From Trichoplax sp. H2 (lineage: Eukaryota), in contig NOWV01000001.1 of assembly GCA_003344405.1 (NCBI GenBank), forward strand, positions 186,001-250,000: a stretch of 64,000 bases of DNA, given 5' to 3'. How positions within the stretch are numbered: the first letter of the stretch is position 1; each line of letters opens with the position of its first letter. The position numbers were made by a program, and so were the translations under genes. Under the pieces are notes generated by a model. The model did not search any database. It saw only the letters and a program-made list of their open reading frames with translations, and had not been told where the DNA came from. Shown piece by piece: positions 26,401 through 41,600 of this stretch.

Positions 26401-28856
26401 TAAACCAGTGTTGTGCGGTTTATCTATAATTTGTTAATGTGGTACATGGTTTATAAATACTTGATATCCACCCTCTAATTTGCCACGTTGGCATTAATCT
26501 CGTTCATACTAATAACATTTTACGATAAGAAATCTATTTCTAGTTATACGATGATAGTAATATCTTGGAAGAAGTCTCAAGATCTGAGTCTAGAGTTGTC
26601 AGATATTCAATCTTGCCTTGTTAGGTAATAAAATATGAAACAGTTACCATATTTTGTGCTATTAAAAGCACCACTCTGTAGCAGCAAAATCAAGATGACC
26701 TCTGTATAGTATAGCATGCAGTATTGCATTTATTTTGGATATTAGTCGGCTTTTTTCCACTCCTACTTTTAAGTCAATATTGATTTCTTTCTTTCCTATC
26801 GATAGCATTACTCATCCCATGTAAATTTATTCCTTCCGTATTTTTTTAATATATCACTTTATAACAAAATAACCACGATAAAATAGCTTTACTTAAAACA
26901 TAAAATACGAAATTTACTCCAGAACAAGCTGAAGCAGAAACGAAATGCTTAGGGTTACTAAATGCATAATTTATGTAATTGGATAATGAAGCAGAATGAG
27001 TTTCTTAAATTAACGAACACATATGCAGTACCAATTTAACTTAACATACGATAAATTTTATACGATGATAATTTTAATTTTTTAGCATATAAGATCGGTA
27101 AGAAAGTAGGTTAGAAATGTTAATATTGATAAACAAATTAAAAACGTTTAAAGATGAAACCGCCACCGCTAATGCATATTTATATTCTGAGCTGGAAGTT
27201 TGACAAAGCTAAGCGCTTTCTTATAGTGGCTAAATCAGCAGATCTATATTTAAATTAATTATGTTGTTATTGTGATGTTGCCTATCTTCTGACATGATTC
27301 AAATGTCAATCATTTCAATCGCCTTTCTTGCTAAATGAATTTTATAATCTCATTCAGCTTAAAATAAACTTTGATGCTTGTGCCTACATAAATAGAGTAA
27401 TTGGCTAACATGTAAGATGAAGCATAATGATTACCGTAAGTATTGTATGCATAAGATGATTAACTCTCTAGACAGATTCCTTATATTCCTCATTATAAAA
27501 TTAAATCTAATAAATCCCATTACATAAAAAGCGATTAGATTAAGACTAAACTTTAAATATGTTAATAGCTAGAGACTGGAGCAGAATGAGCGTATTGATT
27601 AGTAAGCTAAACAGGATAGACGAACTCAAAGTAGACATCCCTCGAATTACACAAGCATTCTAAAATACCTTCAATTCTCACACTGCATTCTTCTGATTCA
27701 TTATCTAGACCATATGTGCACACTTTAAGTCCAGCATAAAAGATTTTAAACGATATAGCGATACAAACTATGATCTCTAATATGCGAAATAAAGAGGATT
27801 CTTGAACTGAAGAGTAGATAATTACCGCACTAAAAGATAATAGCGACCTCTTTAAATTGATAGCTGATTTCGAGTTTATAATTTCGTTTTAGTTTATGGA
27901 TCTTATTCAATTAGGAGCTACTTCAACTGTTTAGTTTTTATCTCAGAATTGATGATTTAACACCAATAAATCCACAAATGTTGCCCGCTTCTAATAATCG
28001 TAGTATAATCGAAAGATAATCCTAGACAGATAAGTGAACGATCATCTGAAAGATGATAATGGCAAAATACGTCTATAGGATCTAACAATGGATTATAAAC
28101 TTACAACTTTCGAGTATTTTGAAACATTTAATGATATACATGCAATAAATTATTAATTGCATTTTATTTTATGGCATTTCTATTAATTATATTAAGGCAA
28201 TTAGGTTAACAAATATAAAAATTCACCGTTATAAAATGTAATACATAATTAATTCTACCAGTTAAAATATAATATACCGTATACCGTATAATTGACAAGT
28301 AGTCTGTGATGAATCGATCATTTTGGTAACCTTGGAAGTATATTACAGTTTAAAGAATGTAGGCATATGGATGATTTCAAAAGTATTTTGTATTTATAGC
28401 AAATGCAATCGGTATCGTTCGCAGAATGTCTGCGAAGAATATATGAGAAATAGTCAAAGAGCTAATAAATCCTGGGATCTAAATGTTTCATTTACATTCA
28501 CAACTACGTAATACAGTATAGAATAAACAAATGCATAAGACCTTGTACCTATGATAAATATTGGATAAATCTAACGGAACAATTGCACTTTACACTATTA
28601 TGATCCTGCCTTATTATACTTATACTCTAAAAAATAGATATACTGGCAGGTCAATCAAGTCCCTAATATTGTGTCAGAAACAAGTTGGGAAATATTGTTA
28701 TTTATGTACAAAGCTCAAGCTTTCTCTATTAGACAGTAAAATATTAGAACGTCAAGATTTGACCTACTGTACGTAATCATAGTTGTTACTATAAAATAGA
28801 TATAGCCTCTAGAATACGAAATTTATTTTTAAACAGCATCAGAGCTTTATTTCATT

Positions 28857-31208
28857 TTAAGAATAATTTGGCCGAGGCTTCGTTCCTGAACGTTTTGTCG
28901 TTAAAGGATTGCCTGCTTCCTTCTTCTTTAGAGCATGATATCGCCAAGCATAGGAAATATGTTCAATCTAAATTAAGACATAATATTATGATTAGTATAA
29001 CAAGAAATAAGTTAAGAAATACATACCATAGTTTAACACTTTCATTGAAAAAGACTATAGTTTAATCTGCTGTTGTTCATCAAGCAATTCCTTACCGGTA
29101 TTAAACGATCCGCTTTATTATCAGCTTCTACTACGGTTAGTTCTTCTGGAGTCAGCAATGGCAGTCTTATATGTTTGATTATGCCAAAAGCTACTTCAGA
29201 TACCTTCTTATCCAAGACCACCTAGTAAATGTGTGGTATAAATGAACTAAGATCAAATTTCATTCTTGGACTGTATATGTTATGTTAATCTATAAACGAG
29301 TTAATTACTAACGACTTTATAAGAGCATTGTTTACTATGTCTAATTGTTAGCAGCAAAGCTGACTTACAGAATTAACGGTTGCCCATTCTCGAACAGCTT
29401 TAATAATATCTACTTCATCAATATTCAGATTATTACTTGCAAGAGCCACAGCTAAAGCTTCATCTGACATCTCATGGAATCCTTTGGTCTTGAATACAGC
29501 CTATTTTAAGAATATTTTACTGATTATTGAGTTCAAGATTCATTTTGGGTAGGATTCCTCATTGCTGCATGGTATTAAGGTAGATTCAGGTTGAAAATAC
29601 ATAGCATACAAAAGCTATTATCTTTACAGTATGTAATTACAGTGTACCTTAGTATTGGATTCGATAAAACTTAGGCATTTCTTTTGAAGTTCGGCTTGGC
29701 CATAAGTGACTGCAGACTAAAGCGATATCGTATTTATTATATATTAATATGCTCAATATATACTATAGGTTACTTAATGTAAGCGTAGTCATGTTACCCA
29801 TCCTGTCATTAAGTATAGTATCTGCTTACCTGCATAGTTTCACATGCATTGTCAATAGTGATGGAATCGCTCATGAAATTAACACATATCTAGAATAGAT
29901 TTAATATTATCGATGATATTACATGACAAAGGAAGGCAAATACTATGTCTTACAAGGATTAAGTTTGTCCCGGCTAAGGCTGTACTTACCTTTGCCAAAT
30001 CACGCAAGCCGTATTCAATGGCTGATGCTAATACGTCAACAACCTTTATAAATTGAGTTGCAACGCATTAGTATTAGAAATATAAGGTAGTAAACGTCAC
30101 ATCTACCATTATATTTATAAATAGATACCTAATCATTATAACTATTTTAAAAAATAAGTAAACCTTACAAATATTGTATTTCATTATCTGAATTTAATGC
30201 TTGTATCAACTGTAAGTTTCTTACGTTTTTATCAGTTAAAGAGCAGCAATTGGTATAAATAAACTCTAACACAGCTAAAAAGGAATCAGGTTGTACATCT
30301 GATAGGATGTAAGGAACATCGTTATTTTCAATGGCTACGGAATTATCGTGAAACATGGTATCAAATACGTCACATCTATGAAAAAGCATAACAGATAGCA
30401 GATAATACTTAGATATTTAAGATTTAAAGTACTGTTAAATATGAAAAATTACGATACAGTTTAGTTACGAACAAATTTTAGAACTGAATAAACTATCATA
30501 TTTGTAATAATTTGATAATGAACGATAAAAAGATCAAGTTACCAAGCTTATTGATAAATGGTTTTACCTTGCAGATAAAATGCTTCTATGCGCATATATC
30601 ATTTGTTTGGTATCCCCAACTATAAACTTGATATCACTGTGAAATAATATGAACAAAATTGATTAAATATAAAATTATACAACAAATCCTACACTTAGAA
30701 ATAGAATGCATAAAGCAAGAGATTGGAGTGAATATGCAATTCTAGAATTCCGATGTTAATACATCTGCATATCTTGGAAACTAAGAAAACTTAATGCAAA
30801 CATTACAGAAATTCTATAATTTCATTTACAAAATGATGGAGACAGCAGTAGTTTCTATCGCTAATATGGATATATTATACACTGTACAGTATTTAACTCT
30901 AATTACAGACATGAGCTAGTAACTGAAAGATAAATAATCGAGTAAACTAGCTATCGCCATGATTATGAAATCACGACTAAATATCGTTCTATTTCTATTA
31001 CTAATACTAACATATTTTGGCATTGTGTTATCATGAAATTGTAATTATAATTATCATAGAGCATTAAGTGTTATCAACAATTTATTAAGGATCAGTAGAC
31101 TTACCTATACTCTGACTTATTGACTAGCTTTTTCATTTCGGCTGCAAATCCGATAGGATTGCCGTACAAACCTTCGCCTTTCTGGCTATTTGTATTATTT
31201 TCCGTCAT
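28857..31208 (-). CDS. BTBD19: BTB/POZ-BACK domain protein, BTBD19-like, multi-exon
   Basis: Spliced exons give LYGNPIGFAAEMKKLVNKSEYSDIKFIVG...YAHRSILSARCDVF, then FLAVLEFIYTN, DVLASAIEYGL, a BACK region (EVDIIKAVREWA, IRLPLLTPEEL) and a C-terminus IEHISYAWRYHALKK...GTKPRPNYS*. This resembles BTBD19. Confidence 0.82.
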
Positions 31209-31458
31209 TTTATTAGTCCTACTAGACGAGGTCCTATGTATTTGATAAGCCTTGGAATGAATGTTACTATCACTGTAATTACCAGCAGAGTTAGTAAAAA
31301 TTGTCGTCCTTTCTGGCACTATCAAATCAGATTGATGTATGTAATCAGAAATAGGAGAGATTTAATCAACGCTAAGTTATCTTCTTCGTCTATTAATGCA
31401 AGGACTCCCTAGTAGTATCGTCTGTTGTCTTGACAACATGAGTTCAAGAAACACGCTA

Positions 31459-31472
31459 CCTGTGCGCATGCG
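31459..31472. promoter_or_regulatory. NRF1-like motif (TGCGCATGCG) upstream of the BTBD19-like gene
   Basis: tgtgcgcatgcgg lies ~250 bp upstream of the ATG and matches the palindromic NRF1 consensus. Function is not shown. Confidence 0.35.
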
Positions 31473-31829
31473 GAGTTCTCTAAATAGTCGATGGTTCATT
31501 CTATAGTGGTCAGACAGCTTTATCAAAGCAAGGTCTTCTACTATGAACTATAAGCTATGTTTGAGCGTCCACACTATCGCTGCTGGCTTGAGCTGTACAA
31601 TATTATCATCATTTCAGTGCCATCTTAATTAATGAATTGATTTATAAACTAGTTTTACCATTTGTTATTATTTTCTGCAAATATGCAGTACGGTATAATG
31701 GCATCAATATGGAGAAAAGTAATTCTATAGATAAGAAGCCCAGCTGCACACTCTGAGGTCATCATCATGATACAAAAACATAATCTAAGACGTAGAAACG
31801 AACTACGATGCACAAAGTTTACTCTGGAT

Positions 31830-32327
31830 CCATTTCGAATACTAATATTTTAAAGCTTACCGCCTCTAGAATGAGCAGTACACATCACATGGTATGTAGT
31901 AGCATAGACTACTAGATATATCAAGATGCATCTAGTAAGTCCATGGCAGTAGAGATCCAATCAATGTAGTTATACTAAAATATCAAATGTGTACTGTAAG
32001 TAAGTCTACCAACGAAATCGCAAACTACTGATTTAAATACAGCTACAGCCTCTGGAACGAGCAATACACCTTACTTGATGTGCAGAAGAGATCCGATCGA
32101 TGTAGTTATTCTAAAGTATCATATGTGCACTATAAGTAAAAGTCTATCTACTACTAAGTCGCGAACTACTGATTTGAATAATAATAATATTATGTAGCTT
32201 ACAGCTTCTAGAATGAGCAATACACCTTACTTGGTATGCAGTAGAGATCCAATCGATGTAGTTATACGAAAGCATCAAATGTGTACTATAAGTAAACTCT
32301 ATAGACTAAGTCACGAGCTACTGATAC
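31830..32327 (+). repeat. Degenerate tandem repeat, ~135-155-bp unit, ~3.5 copies, in the divergent intergenic region
   Basis: The blocks gagcaatacaccttacttg, gcagtagagatccaatc(a/g)atgtagttat, atcaaatgtgtact(g/a)taagtaa and ctactgat recur near 31945, 32081 and 32237. Confidence 0.85.
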
Positions 32328-32654
32328 AGTAGCTATTTAGCACGGTGCTATTGTTTACATAAGTAAATGCTAATAGGAGGCGTTGCTCTCACTCTGGTGC
32401 AGGATGCATAAGATTGGATTCAGTTATTGTGCAGCAATTATTTTAATCTCTAGTAAATGGGAAAGTTAAGCAAGCGATCGACGAACTACCTCGAATGCCA
32501 TGATAAAGAATTGAGTATCTCTTAGGAATGGAGAATGATAATGTAGAGGATAGATAAAGTTTGCATACAGCAAAACGCAAGTAGTTATACATTGATTAGT
32601 ACGGCATGACTGCCGCATTGCTAAACGACAATTTGATCGTATAGGATTGCAAAA

Positions 32655-35600
32655 ATGGCTGACAACAGTCAAGATTTGGGAACGGATTTGCCATTATCAT
32701 CTAACGTTGATCAGATATTAATCCATCATTATGTATTAAATTTGGAAATTGATTTTGATAGTCGTATTATCCATGCTTCGGTAATTCTTGTATTGCGAGA
32801 AACTAGCAAATTGAAAGCTCTCAATGTCCCATTACAGAGCATTTCTTTGGATTGTAAAGATATCAAGATTGAATCCGTTTGGGAAATTCATGACTATCCC
32901 ACAACCATTATCGATCACCTATGTTCTCCTATACCGTGCTATCAGCGTCGTCAAATGAACTCAGATCAATTTAATAAGTTATATCGATTGTCGAACGATG
33001 CCAAATTGAAAATACGGCTCAATTATCACATAACAAAATGGTCTATAAATATAATGCCCAAGACAGACTGTGGACACAATTTACATGAAAGACAACCTTG
33101 GCAGCCTCGATGTATTTGCATTAATTATGAAACCAACCCTCAAGGTGGATCATTAACATGGGCTAAGGATCAGAACGAAGGGTAATCTAAATTATCTTAT
33201 ACTAAATACATGTAGAATAGGTCATGCAGACACTCTATTATCGTCATGTATTGTAGAATAGATATCGACAGGGTATAACTGTAAATTAATCCAGTGTTAA
33301 TCCCTAATGTTACGCAAACCTTGGTAGTCCTTGTGTCTTTAGCCAAGGTGCAGCTTTCAACAATAGATCACTTTTTCCATGCCAAGATCATCCTACAATA
33401 ATTGCTACGTGGCAGGCAAGTGTAAAAGTAAAGTCAAACTATACTGTGGTGATGAGTAGCAATAACGTATGGAGTGAACAAGCAGAAGGTTTGTACTCTC
33501 ACTAATATACATACATGTATATTGATTAATTGTCATGATAATAACTTCATTCATACACGTACTTATAATTACTTTATAGATTATACGATGTTTCATCACA
33601 TCATGCTTTTGCCAGTGCCTTGTTCTGTCATCGCTTTAGCTGTTGGTTCGTTTGCATCAAGTTTGATCAAGGTTGTGGACCGGCCAAACATAAACTACAA
33701 TGATCAAGCTCTAAATTCTAAATCGCATCAAAAATACACCCCTGAAAACAATCCAATAATCTGCAGAATTTACTCAGCTCCCATATTAATTGATATTGCA
33801 TATGAGAAACTACTAGACTCAGCTGCTAAATACTTAGTTACTGCACAAACGATGCTACTAAGCTATCCCTTCGATAAGTTAGATATAGTTGTCTTACCGA
33901 GATGTTTTGGATGTCTTGGATTAGCAAGGTATACACTCCAACCATAAACTATTATTTTTACATTAGAATTTTAGATATTACTATATATACATTGTAAGGG
34001 TGCATAACTAAATCTTCTACATTTTAATCCAATCATGGTCAACGTTAATTTACTATGTATTTGAATTTACATAGAGCTTTGTATTTTATATGTTATATTG
34101 TAATTTTGATTAGATGCTCTTATTTCAGTCCTTGCTTGATTATGGTGTCTCCGTCATTGCTTCCTGGTGAAGAATGCCTTAGCTATCGATTAGCTCATGA
34201 AATTTGTCATTTCTGGTTCGGAATTCTTATTGGTCCAACAGATTGGACTGAAGAATGGTTTAGTGAAGGCTTTGCAACATATCTAGAAGACAGAGTTCAT
34301 TGTAAAGCATGTTTGGTGCGTATGACCTATCATATACTCCTACGCGCTCTCTACTTCAATTAGCTTTTATAAGTTGGTTTAAATTTATTAAGTCTGCCAA
34401 CCATGCGGTACGTATAAATACTAACATATTACTACGATTTGGCCCCATGCTATACAAAGATGTCCGAGCAAGATACTTTAAACTATATCGAAATATGTTG
34501 TAATTTGAGATATCGCAGTCTGAAATCTGAACTTGAAAATACGGATTTATCACTTCAAGAATTACGGTAAATGGTTATTACTTGTTAGAGATATACGTAA
34601 CTTCAATTGACTGTGCAGTCATTTAGCAGATGCATAGCGTATGATAATAAACTCTTGATTTCAAAATCTTTAGACCCAAAACAACAATGATGAATGGAAA
34701 AGGTATAGGTATAGAACTAAAGTTCAGTCTAGCGTATCACTTCAAAATGCAATTTGCAATGACGTTAAGATTTATCTATTGGAACCTTTAGATTCCGTAA
34801 CTGGTATCATAAAGAGCGCATTGGAACCTGTTAAATCATTTCTGCAAGTGCATTACCTAAAGGTATAGCAGGAATAATACTATTACTTATCCTATTAATA
34901 ACTCAAATTTTTAATAAAGATATACATTTTTAGAGAGCTTTCAACAAAGTTAATTTCCTCATAGTCATCTAATGTTGTCATCTTTCTAATATTGGCCGTT
35001 CATACGTACACCCTAAGCCAAAGCTTAGGCCCTATCTTACGCTTTTAAAATTCGAGCTCACCTAATACTCCAATTTTTAAGAATCGCTTCATCCGAAAAT
35101 AATTTCAAGTTATTAAAGTTCTTGATTGGTTTTGCTAGGGATATTTTCTACTCTATTATCTGTCAAAAATTGTTGGACATAATCAATTTGATGACTATAT
35201 ACGTTCTTTCGTAAATAAATACTGTTTTCAACATGTTAATTGCAAGGTAATTTATAGAACGTGAACAACTTAATCTGGCAGTTTCTATGGTGTACTAATA
35301 TGGATTGGTTAATGAGTTTTCGATTAATTTATCCTGGTTCTTAATTTTTTATATTTTTTAGGAAGTTTTTGACTATTACTTCGATTTCTTTCCCAAGTTG
35401 AGGTTAACTAATCGTCGCATTACCTGTAATACTAATTTAAAACTAATATGAACATAATGTTATTAACAAAGTTATATTTTAAACTGTACTTTAGAAATCA
35501 GGAAGTTACTATACGTGCTACTATTAAAGAATGGCTAGACAATGCTGGACTTCCAGAAGTAAATTTATTACAATTTAGAACACATACGCTTAAGAACTAT

Positions 35601-36708
35601 ATTTTAGGATTACAAAGTCCTGATTAGGTGAACTACTTTGTTGTAGCAAATAAATCTTCAAAATTTTGAATGTATGGGAAATAAACTTTACTTGCAAGTT
35701 CATAACGAGGTATCTATCTCATAATTATTCTGCATTGTACCTAGAACTGCCGTTAATGCTTACGGATATTTAATTACACAAGAGTTTACAATTGTAAATC
35801 TTTGAAATTTTCAGTATAAAAGGTGGATTAGATTAAATGAATATAACAGACGAAAACCTCGTCGTATCTATCGTGGCAGCCGAAAACGTCGAAAAGCCTT
35901 AGCCGATAACTTACCATCTATAGCCAATGTAAGTAATATATAAAAGCACCTTAATAATTCATAATCATGGAAAGACATAGCTATGTTTCTATTCGAACAA
36001 GATTATTACTAGATTGTAGCAGGACGGATTTCACCGACGTCCACTTCTATAAATTTTAAAAATATTTATAGCTGCCACAATACTAATTTGTTTTTTATAA
36101 TGTCTTTTTTAAAGTTATCAATCAAGCAGATTATCTTGCTTCTTGAAATGCTATTAGAAATTGAGTGTTTAACTATAACGACATTAAAGAAACTTTGCCA
36201 GTATTATCATCTTGAAAATGCAAACCCAGAAGTATCTACTTAATCTCTATTCACTTTTGGTGTTGTTTTTTGCTTTGTAGTACTGATTTTCTTTTATTGT
36301 AATACTAGATTCGTCATAGATGGTGCGAACTAGTCATTAAACATAGGTAAAATCTCTTTTTATAGTCATTTATGTATTAGTTCAAATAGTTTATACACGC
36401 TATATTAACTGCATGTTTCATTTATTAATTATTCTAGATACATCAATGGATACAAAAACATCGAAAACTTGCTAATAGAAGATCAGGTAAGTCAATCTCT
36501 ACGCTTATAACTAAATTTGTTATAACTGTTTGCCAAAGTAAGGCGTTGCAATACTAAATTATTCTTTTAACAGGGCATGGGGATATATTTATATGGAGAA
36601 CTGGTCCTATACGATCTTAAAGATTTAGCCAGTAAAATTTATGTAGGTATACAACACGAAATGGATCGAGATGCTACAGCTATAGTTGCTGAACTCTTAT
36701 CGTCATAA
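32655..36708 (+). CDS. AOPEP: Aminopeptidase O (M1 zinc metallopeptidase), multi-exon
   Basis: N-terminus DLPLSSNVDQILIHHYVLNLEIDF; NNRSLFPCQD; FGCLGLASP in place of GAMEN; zinc motif RLAHEICHFWFG...DWTEEWFSEGFATYLED (HExxH-x18-E at 34196); QVHYLKGYFLL; C-terminus EIRHRWCELVIKH...DQGMGIYLYGEL; stop TAA at 36706-36708. Confidence 0.9.
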
Positions 36709-38657
36709 TTTATTTCTCCTATGTCTGAGAGTACTATCAATATTATATTCGATACATTTAAGAAACGTTAAGATGTATAGTTTAAATTATCATAATATGA
36801 TACTTTATGTCATGCCAATTCTAATAATAAGGAATTTAGGTAATAAATGCTTATGTATACGTTTTGAAAATCGATTAAACTTGGAGTGGTTGCTATAGAA
36901 GCTGATGACATCTCTATATGTGTAACAAAATTTTTAATGTATGCTGTTCATTACATACCGTAACAAAAGATCAAAAGGCATATACTTGATACTTGTTTTT
37001 CAGGAGTGTTGATTTAAAGAAATAGTTTTACTATTTTTGATACTATGCCTGGGTTTGTCTAGACTCAAACAATTAGCCTATGCTGAGTATTTAATAATGC
37101 ATTAAGCTACTGAATTAAATGCAATAGCAGCTGCTCTTAGTTAATTCTCGATAAATACTTATTTTGATACAGTTTGTTTTTTAACCGTAAATATTGGGTA
37201 AGGATTGGTATTCGATAAAAGTTATGCAACGGAGCCTCTGTCTAGAATAATGGGTCTTGTAAGTCGATAGTAGTTTTGCAACAGTATCTATACTGATTGA
37301 TTGGGGATATATAGTAATGGCATTATTTACCACTGATTTTAGACATCAGACTATTGAGTTAGATAGGATATTGATTCGTTCCCTGTTTAAATAATGATCA
37401 CCACTAAATGGTGCTCCACAATATCTATACGTATCTATTGACTACATCACTTTATAGAATATGCTTATACCGATAATGATTTCACGCTAAATGAACTATT
37501 ATTTACTGAGATATTTACATATATTTGAATAGCAGAACTTACTTCAGGATATTTTGTATTTATGCTACTAGCAATATATCACTTCACAATAATTTAAGCT
37601 ATCTTTTTATTAAAGCTATTCATGTAATAGTAACTTGCAAAAAGGCTTATAATATATGAAATATTGACATAAACATCCATATAACTCAATCTAATCGCTT
37701 ATATAAGCTATACATTAATCCACTAGAAACATATGAGAATATTTAGGATATGTAGAAAGTTAACAAACGCGAGATGTTGCTATACCAGTCGTAAACGCCC
37801 ATATTCTAATTTGTCCGAAGCACAGTCAAATTTGGTGCTTCCATTTCCGATATTATAAAGAAGGCAATTTGTACTCCCTATGTGGTCTGTCTACTCCAAA
37901 ACAAAAAGTTATTGTTGTAGTAGTAAGAAAATCGTGGTGGTAGGGGCAATATTATATTCTAGCAGAGTACCGCAGAGACATGGCGACACCACTAATTAAG
38001 AATAACGTCAAAATACTACATATATGTATAGGTGAACTTATATCAGCGTTAAGAATATTTTGATAGAAAATATCAAGAAGTACTGTGAATACAGCCTAGA
38101 TAATGATGTTACAGACTGGCTTTGATTGTATTGATGTTAATTATTTGCTATGGTACGGTACTTAGGCAGGAAAATGTTAAGTAAGTAGGAGAAATAACTC
38201 CACCGGCTAGTCTTAATTGAAAGGAACTTAGTCATAGGTTATAATTGCTGCCCTTCTTTCTCTTGATAATTTAAAGTATAGTGCACTCGAAGTACCACTT
38301 ATTAACTTCTCATTAATCAAGCAAAACATTATGATACAAATATAACGAACTAAAATCAATGTAATCGACTTTCATCCGTTACAATCGCTGTTCTTCTCCT
38401 TTGATAGTTTGAAATTAACATCTGAAAGTACTGCTAACTTATTCGTAACCAATTTCGATCGCTTCCCTTAAAGTTATTATTCAATAAAAAAGCAGATCTA
38501 CCAATATAGTCCTTATAAAGAAACGCTAACGCGACATTGTGTAGTAACAATTAGACCAACTTCATTAACTTTTTAATATCAGCCTTTAATCACTTGGAAT
38601 ATCTACTATAGGTTTACTTTTTAGATCAATTTATACCATAACAACTTGGATTATATC

Positions 38658-41600
38658 ATGATTTCGGATCAAGATTTATGTAAAATTCGCGATCACTACC
38701 CTCCACTCAAAAATGATCTTATTTTACGTGCAGCCCGTGGCCAACATACCGAAGTTATTCCCGTGTGGACGATGAGGCAAGCGGGTCGCTATTTACCTGG
38801 TGAGAATGTTTACGAAGCATGCAATATCGAATACTAACTACTGTTATTATGTGGAGTTCTACGTTGATATCTTCATTAGCTTTTATCGCGTCATGTTTTA
38901 AGATATTTGATAGTTTTTGCTATGCATAGTAGCATAGTAAACATTAGCTTGGATTCTTATTAACAGTTACTTGCCTTATTTGAAGAGATTAATAATATAA
39001 TCTGAAGAAAGAGACTAATCTTTTCCATACCATCGCAGAGTTTAATATTCTATTTATGTTCATAGTACAGGGGAAGATTTAATAAATAGTTGTCACAAAC
39101 GATAATGTATATACGATATAGAGCTAAAACTAAGAATTTTGTCACAAAATCTTGCGATAAAGACTTTTCCATTTATTACTTGGAATAAACATATTCGAAA
39201 TCTTAATATTAACGAATTTTCAGTGATTAGTTAATCATCATCAGCAATGTTTGGTTGATATATATGTAGCCAAATTACTACCGTAACTTATTAAAGGATT
39301 TGATTTCATTACCTTATGATGCTTAATAGCGTTTATTTATTTTGACTAGAGTTTAGAGAAGTCAGGAGTCAAAATGACTTTTTCACTGTTTGTAGAACTC
39401 CATCTTTAGCATGCGAAGTTACTTTACAGGTAAATGGAAAGGGCTTTGCTCTATTTTATGCAACTCCAATCGCGATATAATACATTATGTGCAATGTTAA
39501 AATATTCATCGTGAAATTTCTATAGTAGATTTATGAGAATGTTTATTTACTGTCAATATCTACAGTAGTATTCATTTTAACAAATTGTAGATTCGTAGGT
39601 GCAAGATTATAGAGACTTCATAGTGCATATGTTGAATTAGCACAGAGAAATAAAACATAGCAATCGATCATTGCCGAGTTAATTAAGCAACTATGTAACA
39701 AAATTCCATGGCTTTCTTCCTTTATTAGCCAATCAGGAGATTTAACTTAGATGCTGCTATTATCTTTTCGGACATTCTAGTAGTTCCTCAGGTAATACCA
39801 TTCTATCTTAGTGTAGTATAATAAAGAACTATCATGACATCTATGGCTGTTAGGCTGTTATATGTAGTAATCTCAATATATAGAAAATCCAAATTGATAG
39901 TTTCTCTAATTGATTAAACATAAGTAAATCAGTAATAACAGCCTGATGTTACGTATCTTAGGCTTTAGGGATGAATATTGAAATGATACCTGGCAAAGTA
40001 AGGGAGGCAAAATGTCCTATTTTACTTTCAATTATAATTCGTATAAGTACCGTAATCAGAGTAGTTACATACAATTAATTATTTATACTGTCGTATGCAT
40101 GGATATGTAGGGCCCCGTTTTTACAAGTCCACTCGAATCTCCAGACGATTTAAAGGTTTTTTTATTTTTGATCTATTTCAAGTTTCTATTCTATTAACAG
40201 CAAATTGTTCAGCAAACAAGTTGTAACTTAATATAAACTATAATTTTGAAATATTAAACTATCGTAACTAAATGACATGTGGTATTACTCAATATTTACT
40301 CATATCTTAGGAATTAGATAGGAATATAGACGTGGATGAGAGACTTGGCTATGTCTTTGACGCTATTACATTAACTAGACATAAACTCAAAGGTCAAGTG
40401 CCATTGATTGGATTTGCTGGAGGACCTGTAAGACAACTATATCTACTCTTCTGTCGATATTAATGAGTGATTAGTAATATTTAGATTCATCCTAGTAACA
40501 ATTGCTTGTTTATGTTGTAGTGGACATTAATGGCGTATATGATAGAAGGCGGTGGTAGTTCTACAATGTCTAAGGCAAAAAAGTGGCTATATCGCTATGA
40601 AGAAGCAAGTCATCAGCTCCTTCGCCTTCTAGTCCATGTAATTGTAGAGTATCTTGTTGGCCAAGTCAAGGCTGGAGCGCAGGTAGTACATGATACAATG
40701 ATAATTTTACATTATTTAGTCCAAATTTAAGATGAAAACTTAAATTCCTTCCGTAGCTTCTTCAGGTTTTTGAATCCCATGCCGGAATCCTCGGTCCCGA
40801 TATGTTTAATAAATACTCCCTAACTTATTTGCAGCAAATATGTCAAAAAGTAAAGCACAACTTGGAAGCTGCTAAACTTGAGGTTGTGCCTATGGTATGT
40901 AGTTACTTATTAGGCTTTGACAATACAGATAAAAAATTTAAAAAGTCATAAAGTTCACTATTGCATGTTTCAGATTGTGTTTGCCAAGGGAGCGCATTAT
41001 GCGCTTCATCAGTTATCTAACATTGGTTATGACGTAGTTGGTATGGATTGGACAATTGATCCTGAAGTAGCAAGGTAAAATATAAAATTTATTTTACTAT
41101 AGCAGTAGTCGGATGGAGATATCAAGCATTTTATGACTGCACTGTGTATTTCATATATCGCATAGAACATAAATTTAAAGAATATTTTAGATTATATCAG
41201 ATACTCGAAATTAATTAAAGCCTAAATAAACGGGTATACAAGTACGCCAAGTAATAATAAAGATTACTTTGAGACAGAGATCCAAACAATTCGTTATTTT
41301 TATAATCAAAATTACATTGAAGCTTTTTTGATATAATCAACAGAAATAAAATAGGCCATGAAGTAACAATTCAAGGCAATCTTGATCCATGTACTTTGTA
41401 TGCTAGCAAGGTTAGTTATAATTCCAATTTACTATTTATTGCATATGTTGTATGCAGATAACTATTAAGACATATAGAAGAAACGATATTACGTTTGAAT
41501 AAACTACTTAGCGTCAGTCCGCTGATAAGTTATCAGCGCTGCTAAATTCATATTTCTATTTTACTTTATAGACTGAACTCGAAGAAAAAATACAAAAGAT

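Noticed and set aside
31830-32327. CRISPR-like array
   Set aside because: The context is eukaryotic, whole units are degenerate copies with no unique spacers, and there are no cas genes.
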